Origin: Eledone cirrhosa
Lineage: Eukaryota
Assembly: GCA_964016885.1 (NCBI GenBank)
Contig: OZ024741.1
Span: 279,372,001-279,436,000, forward strand
Length of the DNA: 64,000 bases
Reading direction: 5' to 3'
Within the stretch, counting starts at the first letter, position 1, and each line of letters begins with the position of its first letter. The notes under the pieces are model-generated. The model was not told the DNA's origin. It made no database searches and saw nothing but the letters and a program-made list of their open reading frames with translations. Positions 15,344 to 32,018 of the stretch are shown here, one piece after another. The position numbers were made by a program, and so were the translations under genes.

Positions 15344-18300
15344 TCAGGATTTGGGCACCATGGCCCATTCGAGAAGAGAATTACTGTTTGCGGAGACATA
15401 TCCGGGTGTGGGTGGTTTGTCCGGGATTACTTGGAGGAATTTGTCCAAAGACTTCTTGAATTTTGTGTGGTCAGTTTCTATTTTGACATGTCCTGGTGTG
15501 ATGTTGAAGAGAGCAGGGCCGATTGAGGTGAAATAATTGTGCCGTATTGTTGTTATGAGTTGCGATTTAGATTTTTGAATGGGACGGATAGCACGGGGCC
15601 CAAGCCTTGGGTGTATCTTGAAGGCGATGCCAACATCATTTGGGCAGTGATGATGGAACATTTTCCACATCATGCAGATAATATAACGCTCACGGCGACG
15701 TTGGAGTGAGTAAAGTTTCAGGTTTTCCAATCGACCCCAGTAGTCAAGGTCTGACATGCCATCTATCTTTTTCGTGATTGCCCTTTGAGGAGCTTCAAGT
15801 TTCATGATACTTTGTTTCGTGTGGGGAGACCACAGTGGACAACAGTATTCAAGGTGTGGTCGGGCGAAAGTAGAGAAGAGAAGGATAATGGTGCGGGAAT
15901 CTCTCGACTGGAAGGTTCTGAGGATCCAGGAACACATTCTGCGGGCCATGTCAACTTTGCTGCTTATATGCGTGGTCCAGCTTATGTTGCTGTCCACGGT
16001 TACTCCCAAGTCTCTGATGTTGTTAGATGCCACGAGAGTTTCCCCGGAGGGAAGGGAGTACGGGAGTTTCAGAGCATCCTCTTTTCCAAAGTGGATCAGT
16101 TCGAATTTGTCTTCGTTCAGTAACATGTTGTTCTTTTCTGCCCATTGGGTAACAGCCAGTAGGTCTGACTGAAGGCTTATCCGGTCATCCACGCCATTGA
16201 TGACCTTTTGGAGCTTGGAATCATCAGCGAAAATTTTAATGTTGCTGTGTTTGATGATGTCAGTGATGTCATTAATATAGATGATGAAGAGAAGTGGGCC
16301 CAACACAGTGCCTTGTGGGACTCCACTACTGACTTTGGCTGGGCTTGATTTGACTCCCTCAACTACAACATGTTGGGTTCTGTTTGACAGGAAGCTCTTG
16401 ATCCACTGCAGCAGCTTTCCAGTGACACCAATATTGGACAGCTTTCTCAGTAGAATGTTATGATCAACCCTGTCAAAGGCCTTGCTGAAATCAAGGTAGA
16501 TAACATCAGTGTTGGAACCCTCTCCCAAGGCTCTCAAAATGTCATCAAAGTGATGCAGTAGTTGCGTCAGGCAATCCCTTCCATTACGGAATCCATGCTG
16601 GTTGGAGTTCAGCATATTGTTACTCTCAAGGAAGTGGGTCATTCGCGATCTCACCACTCGCTCAAATACCTTAATGATATGAGAGGTGAGTGAGATTGGA
16701 CGGTAATTCACGGCAAGGGATTTGTTTCCCTTTTTGAAAACTGGGACAACAGACTGGGATAGAAGGTTTTCTGGCACATATCCAGCATCCAGTGAGTTCC
16801 GCCACAGATTGGCAAGAGGAGAAGCAAGTTGGTGTTGACACGCCTTCAAGACACAAGCAGGGAACCTATCGGGACCTACTGCTGAATTATGCTTGATTTC
16901 CTTTATTGCCGCCAAGACATCAGGGGCGCCAAACGTTATGTCCGATAAGGTGTAATGGGGAGTAACATCGCCGATACAGCCCAGATCGGCCATATCAGGA
17001 TTGCTGAAAACAGAGCAGTATTGTTTCTGCAGTATCTCACCCATGGTTTTAGCATTGTCTTGAAGAGTGCCATTTTCATCAATTAGAGGGCCAACAGTAG
17101 AGCCAGTGATTTTGTGTTTTTTTGCAAATGAAAAGAACACTTTGGGATTGAGTTTGATCTTCTCAATGGCCCAGGCCTCTTCAGCTCTTCTCTGATTGTT
17201 GATGAGGGACATTATGTTGTTTTGGAGGTTATGTTTTTTAATCTCTAGTGATGAAATGGCAGTCAAGTTGATGTGTTGCTGCTGACAGTATTTCAGCTTG
17301 TTGATTTTTTTGTTCGTTCTCTTAATTTTTCTGATGAGCGTTTTTCTATTTCTAGGGATTCTGCTCTTAGATTTGTTTATAGTTCTTAATGGGGTGTGTT
17401 TAGCACATATGTTTGTAACAGTGTCCACAAATGTCTGCCAGGACTTTTTGATGTTAGTGGGTGTATGAGTGTGCGTGAAGGACCAGTCGACATGTGCAAG
17501 ATCATGACTGATCGCTTCCCAGTTTGCATTGTGGAAATCCATAGCGTCAAACGGATGGACAGGAGAGATGACATTGGGTTTGTATATTGGACGGTGGAAT
17601 CTCAGATCACAGAGAACCATGTCATGATCAGAGAGTAGAGTTTTCTCCACTGCAATATTGTGGATATTGTCAGTGTGATTGCTGAAAATTAAGTCTAGGA
17701 CGTTTTTGTGGCACCTTGTTGGTTCGAGCACTAGTTGGGATAGGAAGAAATCATCCATGAAGTCAAGAAGCGATTCCACAGCTTCCCTGTCAGAGGTTGA
17801 GGCAGAAGAACCTGGTGGCAGGGTGTTTGTGGACCAGTCAACTCCGGGGAGGTTGAAGTCCCCCATCATTAAGATGTTGTCAGGGTGACACTCTTGGATG
17901 AAACACTTTATGCTGTTGAGGCATTCCTTGAAGCATGGTACAGGCGTTTGGGGTGGCCTATAGAGCCCAACTACTAATAGGTTGTTGGTTTGACTGAATA
18001 CAGTGACTGCCTCACAGTATCCATTAGTGAATATGTTCATAGCCTCTGTTGAGAAAGAATTATGGACATAAATGGCAGTTCCGCCCTTTCTTCTGCCAGC
18101 GCGATCAGCACGGATGGCTTTGAAATTTTTCACTTTCACCTCAGCTTCCAAGTGGAGGTTACTGAGATGGGTTTCAGTGAGGACGAAGAAAGGGATGTGG
18201 TTTGGATGGACATCAATCCAGTCCTCCAGGAATTTGATCTTCCATTTTTGAGTATTGGTGGAAGGGCTGATGCCTTGGGCGTTAAGCAAAAATGTAGAGG

Positions 18301-18364
18301 CGAGAGTGGATGGTTTTAATTGTTTTGGTGTGTTGTTAATTTGTTTGTTTGTTAATGGCAGCAA
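15344..18364 (-). CDS. LINE ORF2: APE endonuclease + reverse transcriptase, 1006 aa, uninterrupted
   Basis: APE motifs LTETHL, GLYRPP, MGDFNLP, LDLIF, SDHDMV. RT motifs [41 protein letters not shown]. Confidence 0.95.
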   Translation of the reverse strand: MLPLTNKQINNTPKQLKPSTLASTFLLNAQGISPSTNTQKWKIKFLEDWIDVHPNHIPFFVLTETHLSNLHLEAEVKVKNFKAIRADRAGRRKGGTAIYVHNSFSTEAMNIFTNGYCEAVTVFSQTNNLLVVGLYRPPQTPVPCFKECLNSIKCFIQECHPDNILMMGDFNLPGVDWSTNTLPPGSSASTSDREAVESLLDFMDDFFLSQLVLEPTRCHKNVLDLIFSNHTDNIHNIAVEKTLLSDHDMVLCDLRFHRPIYKPNVISPVHPFDAMDFHNANWEAISHDLAHVDWSFTHTHTPTNIKKSWQTFVDTVTNICAKHTPLRTINKSKSRIPRNRKTLIRKIKRTNKKINKLKYCQQQHINLTAISSLEIKKHNLQNNIMSLINNQRRAEEAWAIEKIKLNPKVFFSFAKKHKITGSTVGPLIDENGTLQDNAKTMGEILQKQYCSVFSNPDMADLGCIGDVTPHYTLSDITFGAPDVLAAIKEIKHNSAVGPDRFPACVLKACQHQLASPLANLWRNSLDAGYVPENLLSQSVVPVFKKGNKSLAVNYRPISLTSHIIKVFERVVRSRMTHFLESNNMLNSNQHGFRNGRDCLTQLLHHFDDILRALGEGSNTDVIYLDFSKAFDRVDHNILLRKLSNIGVTGKLLQWIKSFLSNRTQHVVVEGVKSSPAKVSSGVPQGTVLGPLLFIIYINDITDIIKHSNIKIFADDSKLQKVINGVDDRISLQSDLLAVTQWAEKNNMLLNEDKFELIHFGKEDALKLPYSLPSGETLVASNNIRDLGVTVDSNISWTTHISSKVDMARRMCSWILRTFQSRDSRTIILLFSTFARPHLEYCCPLWSPHTKQSIMKLEAPQRAITKKIDGMSDLDYWGRLENLKLYSLQRRRERYIICMMWKMFHHHCPNDVGIAFKIHPRLGPRAIRPIQKSKSQLITTIRHNYFTSIGPALFNITPGHVKIETDHTKFKKSLDKFLQVIPDKPPTPGYVSANSNSLLEWAMVPKS

Positions 18365-19521
18365 TGGGAGTTTGTGCAGTGGGGTGATAGTGGAGGGTGG
18401 TGCTGGGTGATAGCTCGAATGTTTTTTTCCAGTTCTTTTGCCAGATTCATTATGGCTAAAAAAGAGGAAGAAGTTTCCTGTTTAGAAGACTGTTGGTGAC
18501 TGTGGTAGTGGTTATTTTTATGTAGGTTATGGTTTTTGTTTTTGCTTTTATTTTTAATTTTATTTTCATTTATCCGACGGGTCCCCGGGAGATGGGTAAA
18601 GGGACAATCCCGGTCTAAACACAATCTGTCTCGCAGGGAAAAACGGCAGATTTGTGGATTCCTTGTTTGAGTTATTGGTGGTTGTGTTGGTGTTAAATTA
18701 GAGTATGTATTATGGTGGTGGCTGTTTGTGGGGATAGATCGTTTTGTCCTAGGTAAATGGGTGAATTTGCAGCCACTATCCGTACATATTCTATAGCGTA
18801 GAGAGTAGCGGCAAATGATGGGGTTTCGAGTGGGTGGGTGTGTGGGTGTTGTGAGAGGTGTAGATGATGGTTTGGGTAGGATTTGACGACCTTTGTGGAC
18901 TGTGGGAGGGAGAGTTCTTGTTCTGGTATTAGAAGGTAAATTCCTTGACATAGCAGTAGACAAAAATGTTGTAGTAGTAGTAGTAGTAGTAGGCAGAGAT
19001 GTTGGCAGTGGTGATGATTGGACTGCTGGGCCAGAGAAAGGATGTGGCGTTTCATGCTGTGAGACAGAGGCTACTGGGGGGTCAATAGTTTCATTTAGTA
19101 GATCGGCCATTGTTGATGAATCAAGGAGTGGTTCACACTGTTGTTGTCGTTGTTGTTGTTGTTGCTGTTGTTGATGTTGTTGTTGTAGCTGTTGTTGATG
19201 TTGTTGTTGTAGCTGTTGTTGTTGTTGCTGTTGTAGCTGCTGTTGTTGTTGTTGCTGCTGCTGGACAGCATTCGAAGAGAAAACACACCGTAGTTTATCC
19301 AAATGTTTATTGATTAATTTAAAAGCAATTTCGATTTGCTTTAATTTATTTTGAATCTGTTGTTCAGATCGAGTTTTCAAAAATTGAACTGTACGTTTAG
19401 CAATGTCGTTCAGAGATGAAGCATGTATGTCTTCAGTTTGGGAAAGGCAATGCCATGTGTTTATTAGAATGTCGATTTCATTATCAGACCAGTTCTGTTT
19501 GGATTTTTGCTGGTTAGCCAT
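18352..19521 (-). CDS. LINE ORF1, 389 aa: Myb/SANT-like N-terminus, polyQ, two CCCH zinc fingers
   Basis: WSDNEIDILINTW...RSEQQIQNKLK; Q tract; two C-x8-C-x4-C-x3-H motifs. Overlaps the ORF2 start by 13 nt. Confidence 0.8.
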   Translation of the reverse strand: MANQQKSKQNWSDNEIDILINTWHCLSQTEDIHASSLNDIAKRTVQFLKTRSEQQIQNKLKQIEIAFKLINKHLDKLRCVFSSNAVQQQQQQQQQLQQQQQQQLQQQHQQQLQQQHQQQQQQQQRQQQCEPLLDSSTMADLLNETIDPPVASVSQHETPHPFSGPAVQSSPLPTSLPTTTTTTTTFLSTAMSRNLPSNTRTRTLPPTVHKGRQILPKPSSTPLTTPTHPPTRNPIICRYSLRYRICTDSGCKFTHLPRTKRSIPTNSHHHNTYSNLTPTQPPITQTRNPQICRFSLRDRLCLDRDCPFTHLPGTRRINENKIKNKSKNKNHNLHKNNHYHSHQQSSKQETSSSFLAIMNLAKELEKNIRAITQHHPPLSPHCTNSHCCH

Positions 19522-19532
19522 TCTAGTTTTGA

Positions 19533-20002
19533 GTGTGTGTGTGTTTTAGTTAAGTATTTCAATATATATATATTTTTTTTTAAATTTATTTTTGATTTAT
19601 TTTTGTTTTTTGTTTTTCTTGTGTGTGAGTGATATATATATAAATATGAGTATATATATATATATATATATGTATATTCTGGTTATTTGAAATTAATTAA
19701 GTTAATGAAAAGACGAAAGTATATAATAATAATTTGTAGTTAAAGGAAAATGTACTCACAAGTTCGTGTGTGTGTGTTTTAGTTAAGTATTTCAATATAT
19801 ATATATTTTTTTTTAATTTATTTTTGATTTATTTTTGTTTTTTGTTTTTCTTGTGTGTGAGTGAGAAGCGTATATATATAAATATGAGTATATATATATA
19901 TATATATGTATATTCTGGTTATTTGAAATTAATTAAGTTAATGAAAAGACGAAAGTATATAATAATAATTTGTAGTTAAAGGAAAATGTACTCACAAGTT
20001 CG
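19533..20002. repeat. Two tandem ~235-bp units in the LINE 5' UTR
   Basis: 19533-19766 is repeated at 19767-20002; both units end ...GGAAAATGTACTCACAAGTTCG. Confidence 0.9.
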
Positions 20003-20039
20003 AAAACACGTGGTTTCAAATATATAATAATATAGATGT

Positions 20040-21385
<1,346 letters not shown>

Positions 21386-21585
21386 NNNNNNNNNNNNNNN
21401 NNNNNNNNNNNNNNNNNNNNNNNNNNNNNNNNNNNNNNNNNNNNNNNNNNNNNNNNNNNNNNNNNNNNNNNNNNNNNNNNNNNNNNNNNNNNNNNNNNNN
21501 NNNNNNNNNNNNNNNNNNNNNNNNNNNNNNNNNNNNNNNNNNNNNNNNNNNNNNNNNNNNNNNNNNNNNNNNNNNNNNNNNNNNN
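21386..21585. other. Assembly gap (200 N)
   Basis: Run of N. Confidence 1.
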
Positions 21586-21811
21586 ATTCGTTGTTAATTC
21601 TAACCTTGCTGACTGTTTCTTTATACATGGCTTGTATAGCTCTCACAAGCCATTCGTCAACACCTAAGTTTTCTAAGAGCCCACCAGATAATGGAACGGG
21701 GGACTCTGTCGAAGGCTTTCTCCAAGTCGACAAAAGCTAAGTATAGCAGTTTACTTTTAGCTAGGTACTTCTCCTGTAGTTGTCGTACAATGAAAAGAGC
21801 GTCTGTGGTAC
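21586..21811 (-). mobile_element. RTE-A RT fragment cut by the gap
   Basis: Matches 26527-26750 ([15 protein letters not shown]...[12 protein letters not shown]). Confidence 0.9.
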
Positions 21812-21897
21812 ATATATATATGTATATATATATATATGTGTATATATATATATATATGTATATAATATATGTATATATATATGTATATATATATATC

Positions 21898-21994
<97 letters not shown>

Positions 21995-22042
21995 GTATAT
22001 ATATAATATAAGATCAAAAGATGGTTAAAGGAGTTCCATGTA

Positions 22043-22109
22043 TTTTATTATGCGCATTTCAAAAACAAACATCATCATGCAATAATATTTGTGTTTTCAT
22101 CAGATAAAA
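22043..22109 (-). ncRNA. Type I hammerhead ribozyme in a ~160-bp island
   Basis: Minus strand: TTTTAT CTGATGA AAACACAAATATTATT-gcat-GATGATGTTTGTTTTT GAAA TGCGCA TA^ ATAAAA. 6-bp stem I, long stem II, palindromic minimal stem III. Confidence 0.8.
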
Positions 22110-22172
22110 CAGGAGAACATGATATGAAGGCTAAAAAACACTTGTGGATAGTGCAGTTTAAATCAACATATC

Positions 22173-23941
<1,769 letters not shown>

Positions 23942-24283
23942 TCATTTCATCATCATTTCATTTTACGTCCACTTTTCCCTGCTTGCAAGGGTGGGACGGG
24001 AACTGATTCTGGCTTGATTTCTACAGCTGGATGCCCTTCCTAACACCAACCTCATTTACAGTGAGTGCTGGGTGCTTTTTTGCCGTGGCACCTACACGAC
24101 CACTTTGCAGTGGAATGATATGGACCCCAGTCCCTATCATCTCATTTCTACAGCTGAGTAAACTGGAGCAATGTGAAATAAAGTGTCTTGCTCAAGGAAA
24201 CAACACACCACCCGGTCTGAGAATTGAACTCACAACCTTTCGATTGCAAGGCCAATGCTCTAACCACTAAGCCATGTGCCTCC
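23942..24283 (-). mobile_element. tRNA-derived SINE with RTE-B-type 3' tail
   Basis: Minus-strand head with A-box TGGCTTAGTGG and B-box GAGTTCAATTC. Tail CCCGTCCCACCCTTGCAAGCAGGGAAAA...(ATG)n. Confidence 0.85.
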
Positions 24284-25049
<766 letters not shown>

Positions 25050-26822
25050 TCATCATCATCATCATCAACGTTTAACGTCCGTGTTCCACGCTTGCATGGG
25101 TTTGGACGGGGGTAGTCCCACTTGAGGCAAGAGTGATTGTCTTGCTCGCATAGGACTGTCTGGCAGGTTTTCTACAGTTGGATGCCCTTCCTAACACCAA
25201 CCACATTTACAGTGTGGGTCTGGGAGGTTTTTACCGTGTTGCCTACACGGCCACATTACAGCGTGGACTGTGTGTTTTTTTGTCGTGACACCTACACGAT
25301 CTCATTTGTTTCGGCGTCGATGGCGCGGCACCAACATAACTTTACATAGAACGGGGTGGTGTGGACGGGGTGGGGGTGGTGGTGGTGGGACGGGGTGTAT
25401 TTTGTTAGAGATGCCTACTGGCTGGAGTAGGTTTTACTATATATTTAGGTAAGGCGGGTCTTCTCTGTTACTGAGTACCGCCAAAGGTCTCGGTCCAGTG
25501 ACATTGTCTTGGAGAGGTGTAAGTGTGTGATGTCGGAGTTTATCAGCTCGTCCCAGGTTTTTCTAGGTCTGCCTATTCCGTGACTACCGTCTATCTTTAT
25601 TGCCCTGCACTTTGTTATACAGCTATCGACTTTCATGCGCATCACGTGTCCATACCAACGTAGCCTTCTCTCGAGTAAACAACATTTGATCCCTCTTATC
25701 TCTAATTTTTTCCTTAGTTCGTTTATGCTTTGCCGTCCACGTATATTACTGTTACACATCCAGCGGAGCATGCAAGCTTCGTTCCTCTCTAGTCTGCGTA
25801 TATCCTCTGCACACAATGCCCAGGTCTCACTGCCATGCAGCATTGCTGTTCGTATGCAGGCATCGTACAACCTGCCTTTCATTTTTAGGGAGAACCCTTT
25901 AGCAGCTAATAGTGGTATAAGCTCTCTGAACTTTTTCTAACCAGTTCTGACTCTAGCTACAGTACTTTCAGAGCACCCTCCCCCACTGCTGATTTTATCA
26001 CCCAGGTAACGGAAGCTGTCCACTATTTCTATAGAACCCTCTGCGCAATTGAAAGAGCTAGTATTATGTGGGCACTTGCTGCTACTTATTGCACCAGAAC
26101 ACCGGCCACATGTAAAATCTATGTTCTTAGTTAGCTTACCTGTGATCCCACTACATCTTTTATGCACCCATACTTTGCATTTAGGACATAAAATGGAGTT
26201 TCTACCTACGCCTTTCCTACACACCGAGCACGACCATTTCCCAGAAGGGACCGCCGCCTTGTTTTCTTTCCTACAAACTAGTACTTTGGTCTTAGCCAGG
26301 TTAATTTTAAGTCCTTTTGACTCTAGGCCGTGCTTCCATGTTTGGAATTTCTTCTCTAGCTCGGCCATTGATTCCGCTATGTGTGTCAGGTCGTCTGCGT
26401 ATAGGAGTTCCCATGGGCAGCCTGTCTTGAACTCCTCTGTTATAGCCTGAAGGGCAATAATAAATAGTAGGGGGCTGAGAACAGAGCCCTGATGGACGCC
26501 AACTTTTACGCTAAACTCTTCACTATATTCGTTGTTAATTCTAACCTTGCTGACTGTTTCTTTATACATGGCTTGTATAGCCCTCACAAGCCATTCGTCA
26601 ACGCCTAGTTTTCTAAGAGCCCACCAGATAATGGAGCGGGGGACTCTGTCGAAGGCTTTCTCCAAGTCGACAAAAGCTAAGTAGAGGGGTTTACCTTTAG
26701 CTAGGTACTTCTCCTGTAGTTGTCGTACTATGAAAAGAGCGTCTGTGGTACTTTTGCCTGACACAAACCCGAACTGCATTTCATCTAGGTCAATTCTCTC
26801 TCTGATTAGTTGCGCTATTACT
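25050..26822 (-). mobile_element. RTE-A, 5'-truncated; RT with PHD-type insert and one nonsense codon
   Basis: [32 protein letters not shown]; TAG at 25937-25939; (GAT)n tail. Confidence 0.95.
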
Positions 26823-27189
26823 ATGTATATATGTATATATATATGTATATATGTATATATATATGTATATATATATGTATATATATATGTATATATGTAT
26901 ATATATATGTATATATATATATATGTATATATATGTGTGTATGTGTATATATGTGTGTGTATATGTATATGTATGTATATATATATATAATATATATACC
27001 CATGTGGAGGTATGAGTACATATTCGTGTGTGTACGTATGTGTATATGTGTTTTTATATGTGTCTCTATATGTTTTTGTGTATGTATGTGGATGTATATG
27101 TACATGGGTGTGTGATTGATGGTGTGTGCCTATAGATTCCTACATATGCTCGTGTGTGTATGTACGTATATGCGCACATATGTGTGTGT

Positions 27190-27753
27190 TGAACAAAGGA
27201 CTAATTTTGTGATGGACGTAGAAAAATTCTTCAGGAATAAATAATTATTCACAAACTTGACAGGTGCGATTTGCCTGTGACCATTCTCAACACAAAGGAA
27301 TCCCCTGAATAAAGGAATTTTTCGAGAATGACCGGGGCAGGCCGCACTTGCTACATTTCTCCCCACCCAACTCTACTCACCGCCTCAACTCATTACTGCT
27401 ATTAACACTTTGTCAACACACCTACACCCATGCACTTATTAAAGGGGGAGAAAAGAAACCCCCACCACACCACAGACATGTTAAATCCCTATATATAGAA
27501 CAACACACCACATACACATCAGTTTGACAAGCGCACCTCAGCGTGAAAGGTCTTTCTAAAAACGAAACAATACCTCCTACGTTAATCAAGAACTCCTAAG
27601 ACCTAACCAACAACCAACAACTTAATTTATAAAATAATTTTTTTTAAGAAAAAAATTTTTTCTAATCCGGAAAAAAATTCTTTTTGGATTTTGTGAAGAA
27701 AATAAATTTGTTGAAAGCACAAGTGAAGCCATTTTTTTCTTCCCCCCTGTCTT
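27190..27753 (+). mobile_element. ORF-less island, possible Penelope pLTR relic with a variant hammerhead core
   Basis: TATA-like motif at 27490-27497, then TTGACAA GCGC-acctca-GCGT GAAA GG-tctt-TC TA (27524-27558). Stem I is weak. Confidence 0.4.
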
Positions 27754-27866
27754 AATATATATATATGTATATGTATGTATATGTATATGTATATGTATGT
27801 ATATGTATATGTATGTATATATATATGTATGTATATATATATATATATATATGTGTATGTATATAT

Positions 27867-27907
<41 letters not shown>

Positions 27908-27921
27908 TATATATATGTATG

Positions 27922-27978
<57 letters not shown>

Positions 27979-28041
27979 GTATGTATATATATATGTATAT
28001 ATATATATATATATGTATGTATATATATATATATATGTATG

Positions 28042-28074
<33 letters not shown>

Positions 28075-28079
28075 GTATG

Positions 28080-28112
<33 letters not shown>

Positions 28113-28117
28113 GTATG

Positions 28118-28148
<31 letters not shown>

Positions 28149-28157
28149 GTATGTATG

Positions 28158-28188
<31 letters not shown>

Positions 28189-28321
28189 GTATGTATGTAT
28201 ATATATATGTATGTATGTATATATATATATATGTATATATATATATGTATGTATATATATATATATATGTATGTATATATATATATATATGTATGTATAT
28301 ATATATATATATGTATGTATG

Positions 28322-28352
<31 letters not shown>

Positions 28353-28379
28353 GTATGTATATATATATATATATGTATG

Positions 28380-28410
<31 letters not shown>

Positions 28411-28609
28411 GTATGTATATATATATATATATGTATGTATATATATATATATATATGTATGTATATATATATATGTATGTATATATATATGTATGTGTAT
28501 ATATATATGTATATATGTATGTATATGTATGTATATATATATGTATGTATATGTATGTATATATATATATATATGTATACGTATGTATATATATATATGT
28601 ATATGTATG

Positions 28610-28654
<45 letters not shown>

Positions 28655-28691
28655 ATATATATATATATATGTATGTATATATATATGTATG

Positions 28692-28722
<31 letters not shown>

Positions 28723-28889
28723 ATATATATGTATGTATATATATATATATATGTATGTATATATATATGTATGTATATATATATATATGTATGTATATAT
28801 ATATATATATAATGTATGTATATATATATATATATAATGTATGTATATATATATATATATAATGTATGTATATATATATATAATGTATG

Positions 28890-28931
<42 letters not shown>
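27754..28931. repeat. (TA)nTGTATG array
   Basis: Directly visible. Confidence 0.97.
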
Positions 28932-28932
<1 letters not shown>

Positions 28933-30127
28933 GGGTGAGTTTTACCAACAGGTCACGGGGGTAGCCATGGGTACAAGAATGGGCCCGAACTATGCCAACC
29001 TTTTTGTTGGCCATGTTGAGGCCCAAATCTTTGCCCAGTACACCGGCCCCACGCCCGAACTGTACGGTTGTTACATTGACGACTGTATCGGGGCCACGAC
29101 CCTCACCCGAGAACAGCTCGACTCCTTTCTCTCCTTCTTCTGCTCCTTCCACCCCTCCCTCCACTTCACCACCTCTATCTCCACCACCCACGTCCACTTC
29201 TTAGACATCTCCGTCGCCTTCGACCCCTCCCACCACTCCCTCGTCACCTCCGCCTTCTTCAAACCCTCCGACTCCCACTCTTACCTCGACTTCACCTCTT
29301 CCCACCCCACCCACACTAAACTCTCCATTCCCTACTCCCAACTTCTCAGGATCCGCCGCCTCTGTAGCCGAGATGCTGACTTCGAGTCCCAGGCCCTTTC
29401 CCTAGTCAGCCATTTCATCCGCAGAGGTTACCCCCCCTCTCTCGTCCACACCGCTCTCACCCGCGCCCGTGCTGTCCCCCGCTCCACGCCACCGCACACC
29501 CACCCACCGTCTCCCCATCACCTACCACCCCTCCACCTTACCCCTCCACCGCACCATCCGCCGCCTCTTCCGACGCCTCCAGTCCGACTCCTCCACCTCC
29601 CACATCTTCCCAACCCCACCACTCCCCTCCTTCAAACGCGCACGCAATCTCCGCACCCTCCTCGTCCACAGCTCCCTACCCCCCAACCCACGCTCTGTTT
29701 CCCCCCCCCCGGTTCCTTTCCCTGTTCTAGGCCCCGCTGCAACACCTGTCCCCACATCACCAACACCACCACATTCCAGGGTCCCAACGGCCACTCTCTC
29801 TCTGTCCGGCATGCCTTCCGCTGCACCTCCTCCAACCTAGTCTATGGACCTCGCTGCACGGAGTGCAGCGCGACTTATGTCGGACAGACGGGACGTCGCC
29901 TGGCGGACCGATTCACTGAGCACCTCCGGGATATTCGTCTCGGGGGTAGTTCCCCCATCGCCCGCCACTTTGGTGGCCCTGGACATTCCGCACGCCATCT
30001 CACAGTCTGTGGCCTACTCCAATGCCACGGAACACCCACCAATCGCCTTAGAGTCGAACAAAGAACTATCTTCATCTTACAGACCCACACTCCCCCCGGC
30101 CTGAACTCCCCACCCTTATTCCTTTAG
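28932..30127 (+). pseudogene. Penelope RT C-half + GIY-YIG endonuclease with two compensating frameshifts
   Basis: The conserved linker (LPITYHP...IFPTPPLPSFKRARNLRTLLVHS) lies in the alternative frame of ORF 29469..29840. Confidence 0.85.
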
Positions 30128-31596
30128 CCTTCGACCGCCCCCCTCCCCCACACTTATCCCCCACTAACACCACTAACACACCCCTCCTTTTCACCGCCCA
30201 CCCTACAACTAACAATACTAACACCTCCACTCCACCCCTCATCCGACCACCCTTCCCCAACTAACATACCAACATCCCTCCCTTCTTCTCCTCCCCCCTC
30301 TTTATCACACGCACACACCCACCGGCACATATATACACGCGCTCACACTAAACACACACCCTACTACCACCACTAACCCTCACCCCCACACCTCCATCCC
30401 ACCACCCCGCAACTAACCTCACTAACACCCCCTGACCCCAAGCACACGAACACGCGCACCCACCCCACACGCAACTAACATCACTAACACCCCCCCAACC
30501 CCACGCACACGTACCCACACACCTTCGTACACCACCAACTCTACACACCCTACCACCACTAACCCCCACTCACTGCATTCAACCCTTCCCACCTCCCGTA
30601 TACTAACACCCACTAACACCCCTTCATCTAACTAGACACACACCAGTACACCACACTCCCTCCATAGAACTACACACATCCTTCTCTCCCCGCTCCACCC
30701 ACACCCTCGCTCCACACTCACTCATCCCACTAACACCTCTACTAATACACACACACACACCCTCCTCACTCCAACTTTCACACCTACCCATCCTCGCCCC
30801 TTTACCATTCCACCGACTGCTGCTATGCCCTCTGACCACCTCCCAGCACAAACAGACACACAGCACTCCCACTGCTTGACCACTTCCTGTTGCGCGCGCA
30901 CCCCACATCTCTCCTCTTCCGACCATCGCTTCATGGAATACTCGTATGTAGAACTTGACCACCACAGAATCCACTAAACATCATAGGATTTTACCAACTT
31001 TTCAACCATCCTCTTACGTAATCATCTATATAACTCACCCACACACACACCCCAAAAAAAATTTTTTCTCCACACGCCACCTACACCCACAACACGCTTA
31101 AACCCCACACATACGTGCTTTCCACCACATATTTACACCCTCAGCCTCCTGATTCCTCTCCCCCCCACCCCTCTATCCACACACGCACAGACACTCCGAC
31201 CTACAACCCCCCCCCCCCACACACACACACACCTCTTCCTGAACATGCAACCCCGTTCTTCCCCCAACCCTTACTTTCACATACACACACACACACACGT
31301 ACACCTACACACACACACCACCTTCAGCCCTCCCCGCTCGGACACCCCGTCTCCCTCTCCCCACTCCACCCGCCACCACCCCTACACACCCCACACCCTT
31401 TCACCACCTGTTTTACCCCCCTTTTAATTTCAGTTTATTTTGATCATGCTTTTATATTTAAATTTATTTCATTACTTGTATTTTGATCATGCTTTATTTT
31501 TATTTTTATTTTTAATTTCATTCGCACCGTTTCCTTTCGCTATATGTCTCTCCACCACTCCCCTACACACCCTTTGAACTCTGTTCCCACACACTT

Positions 31597-31632
31597 CTCA
31601 CCTGAGGAAGGGCTTATGCCCGAAACGTCGTT
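31597..31632 (+). ncRNA. Minimal hammerhead motif in the Penelope 3' end
   Basis: CTGAGGA A GGGC-ttat-GCCC GAAA CGTC; stem I is only ~2 bp. Confidence 0.6.
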
Positions 31633-31718
31633 CCCCACCAACACCCCACTCTCCAGAGCGTGAAATTAATAAACATTCGTTGTACTGCCTCTCTGTTTTG
31701 TTCCTGTTCAAATTTTTC

Positions 31719-31722
<4 letters not shown>

Positions 31723-31758
<36 letters not shown>

Positions 31759-31777
31759 ATATATATATATATGTATG

Positions 31778-31810
<33 letters not shown>

Positions 31811-31987
31811 GTATGTATATATATATATATGTATGTATATATATATATATGTATATATATATGTATGTATGTATATATATATATATGTATATATATATGT
31901 ATATATGTATGTATGTATATATATATATATGTATATATATATGTATGTATGTATATATATATATATGTATATATATATGTATATATG

Positions 31988-32018
<31 letters not shown>

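Larger units (their letters stand above)
15257..20020 (-). mobile_element. Apparently full-length CR1-like non-LTR retrotransposon (exact clade not assigned)
   Basis: 5' UTR with tandem duplication, open ORF1 and ORF2, short 3' UTR ending in (TTCAAAGTTA)2. TA arrays on both sides. Confidence 0.9.
28932..31722 (+). mobile_element. Penelope-like element (Neptune-type, inferred), 5'-truncated
   Basis: RT motifs [33 protein letters not shown]; C-x4-C-x2-C linker; GIY-YIG NLVY...YVGQTGRRLADRFTEH. 1.5-kb C-rich 3' region with terminal hammerhead motif and AATAAA. Confidence 0.92.

Noticed and set aside
24205-24283. tRNA gene
   Set aside because: The A/B boxes belong to a SINE head that continues into a SINE core and an RTE-type tail.
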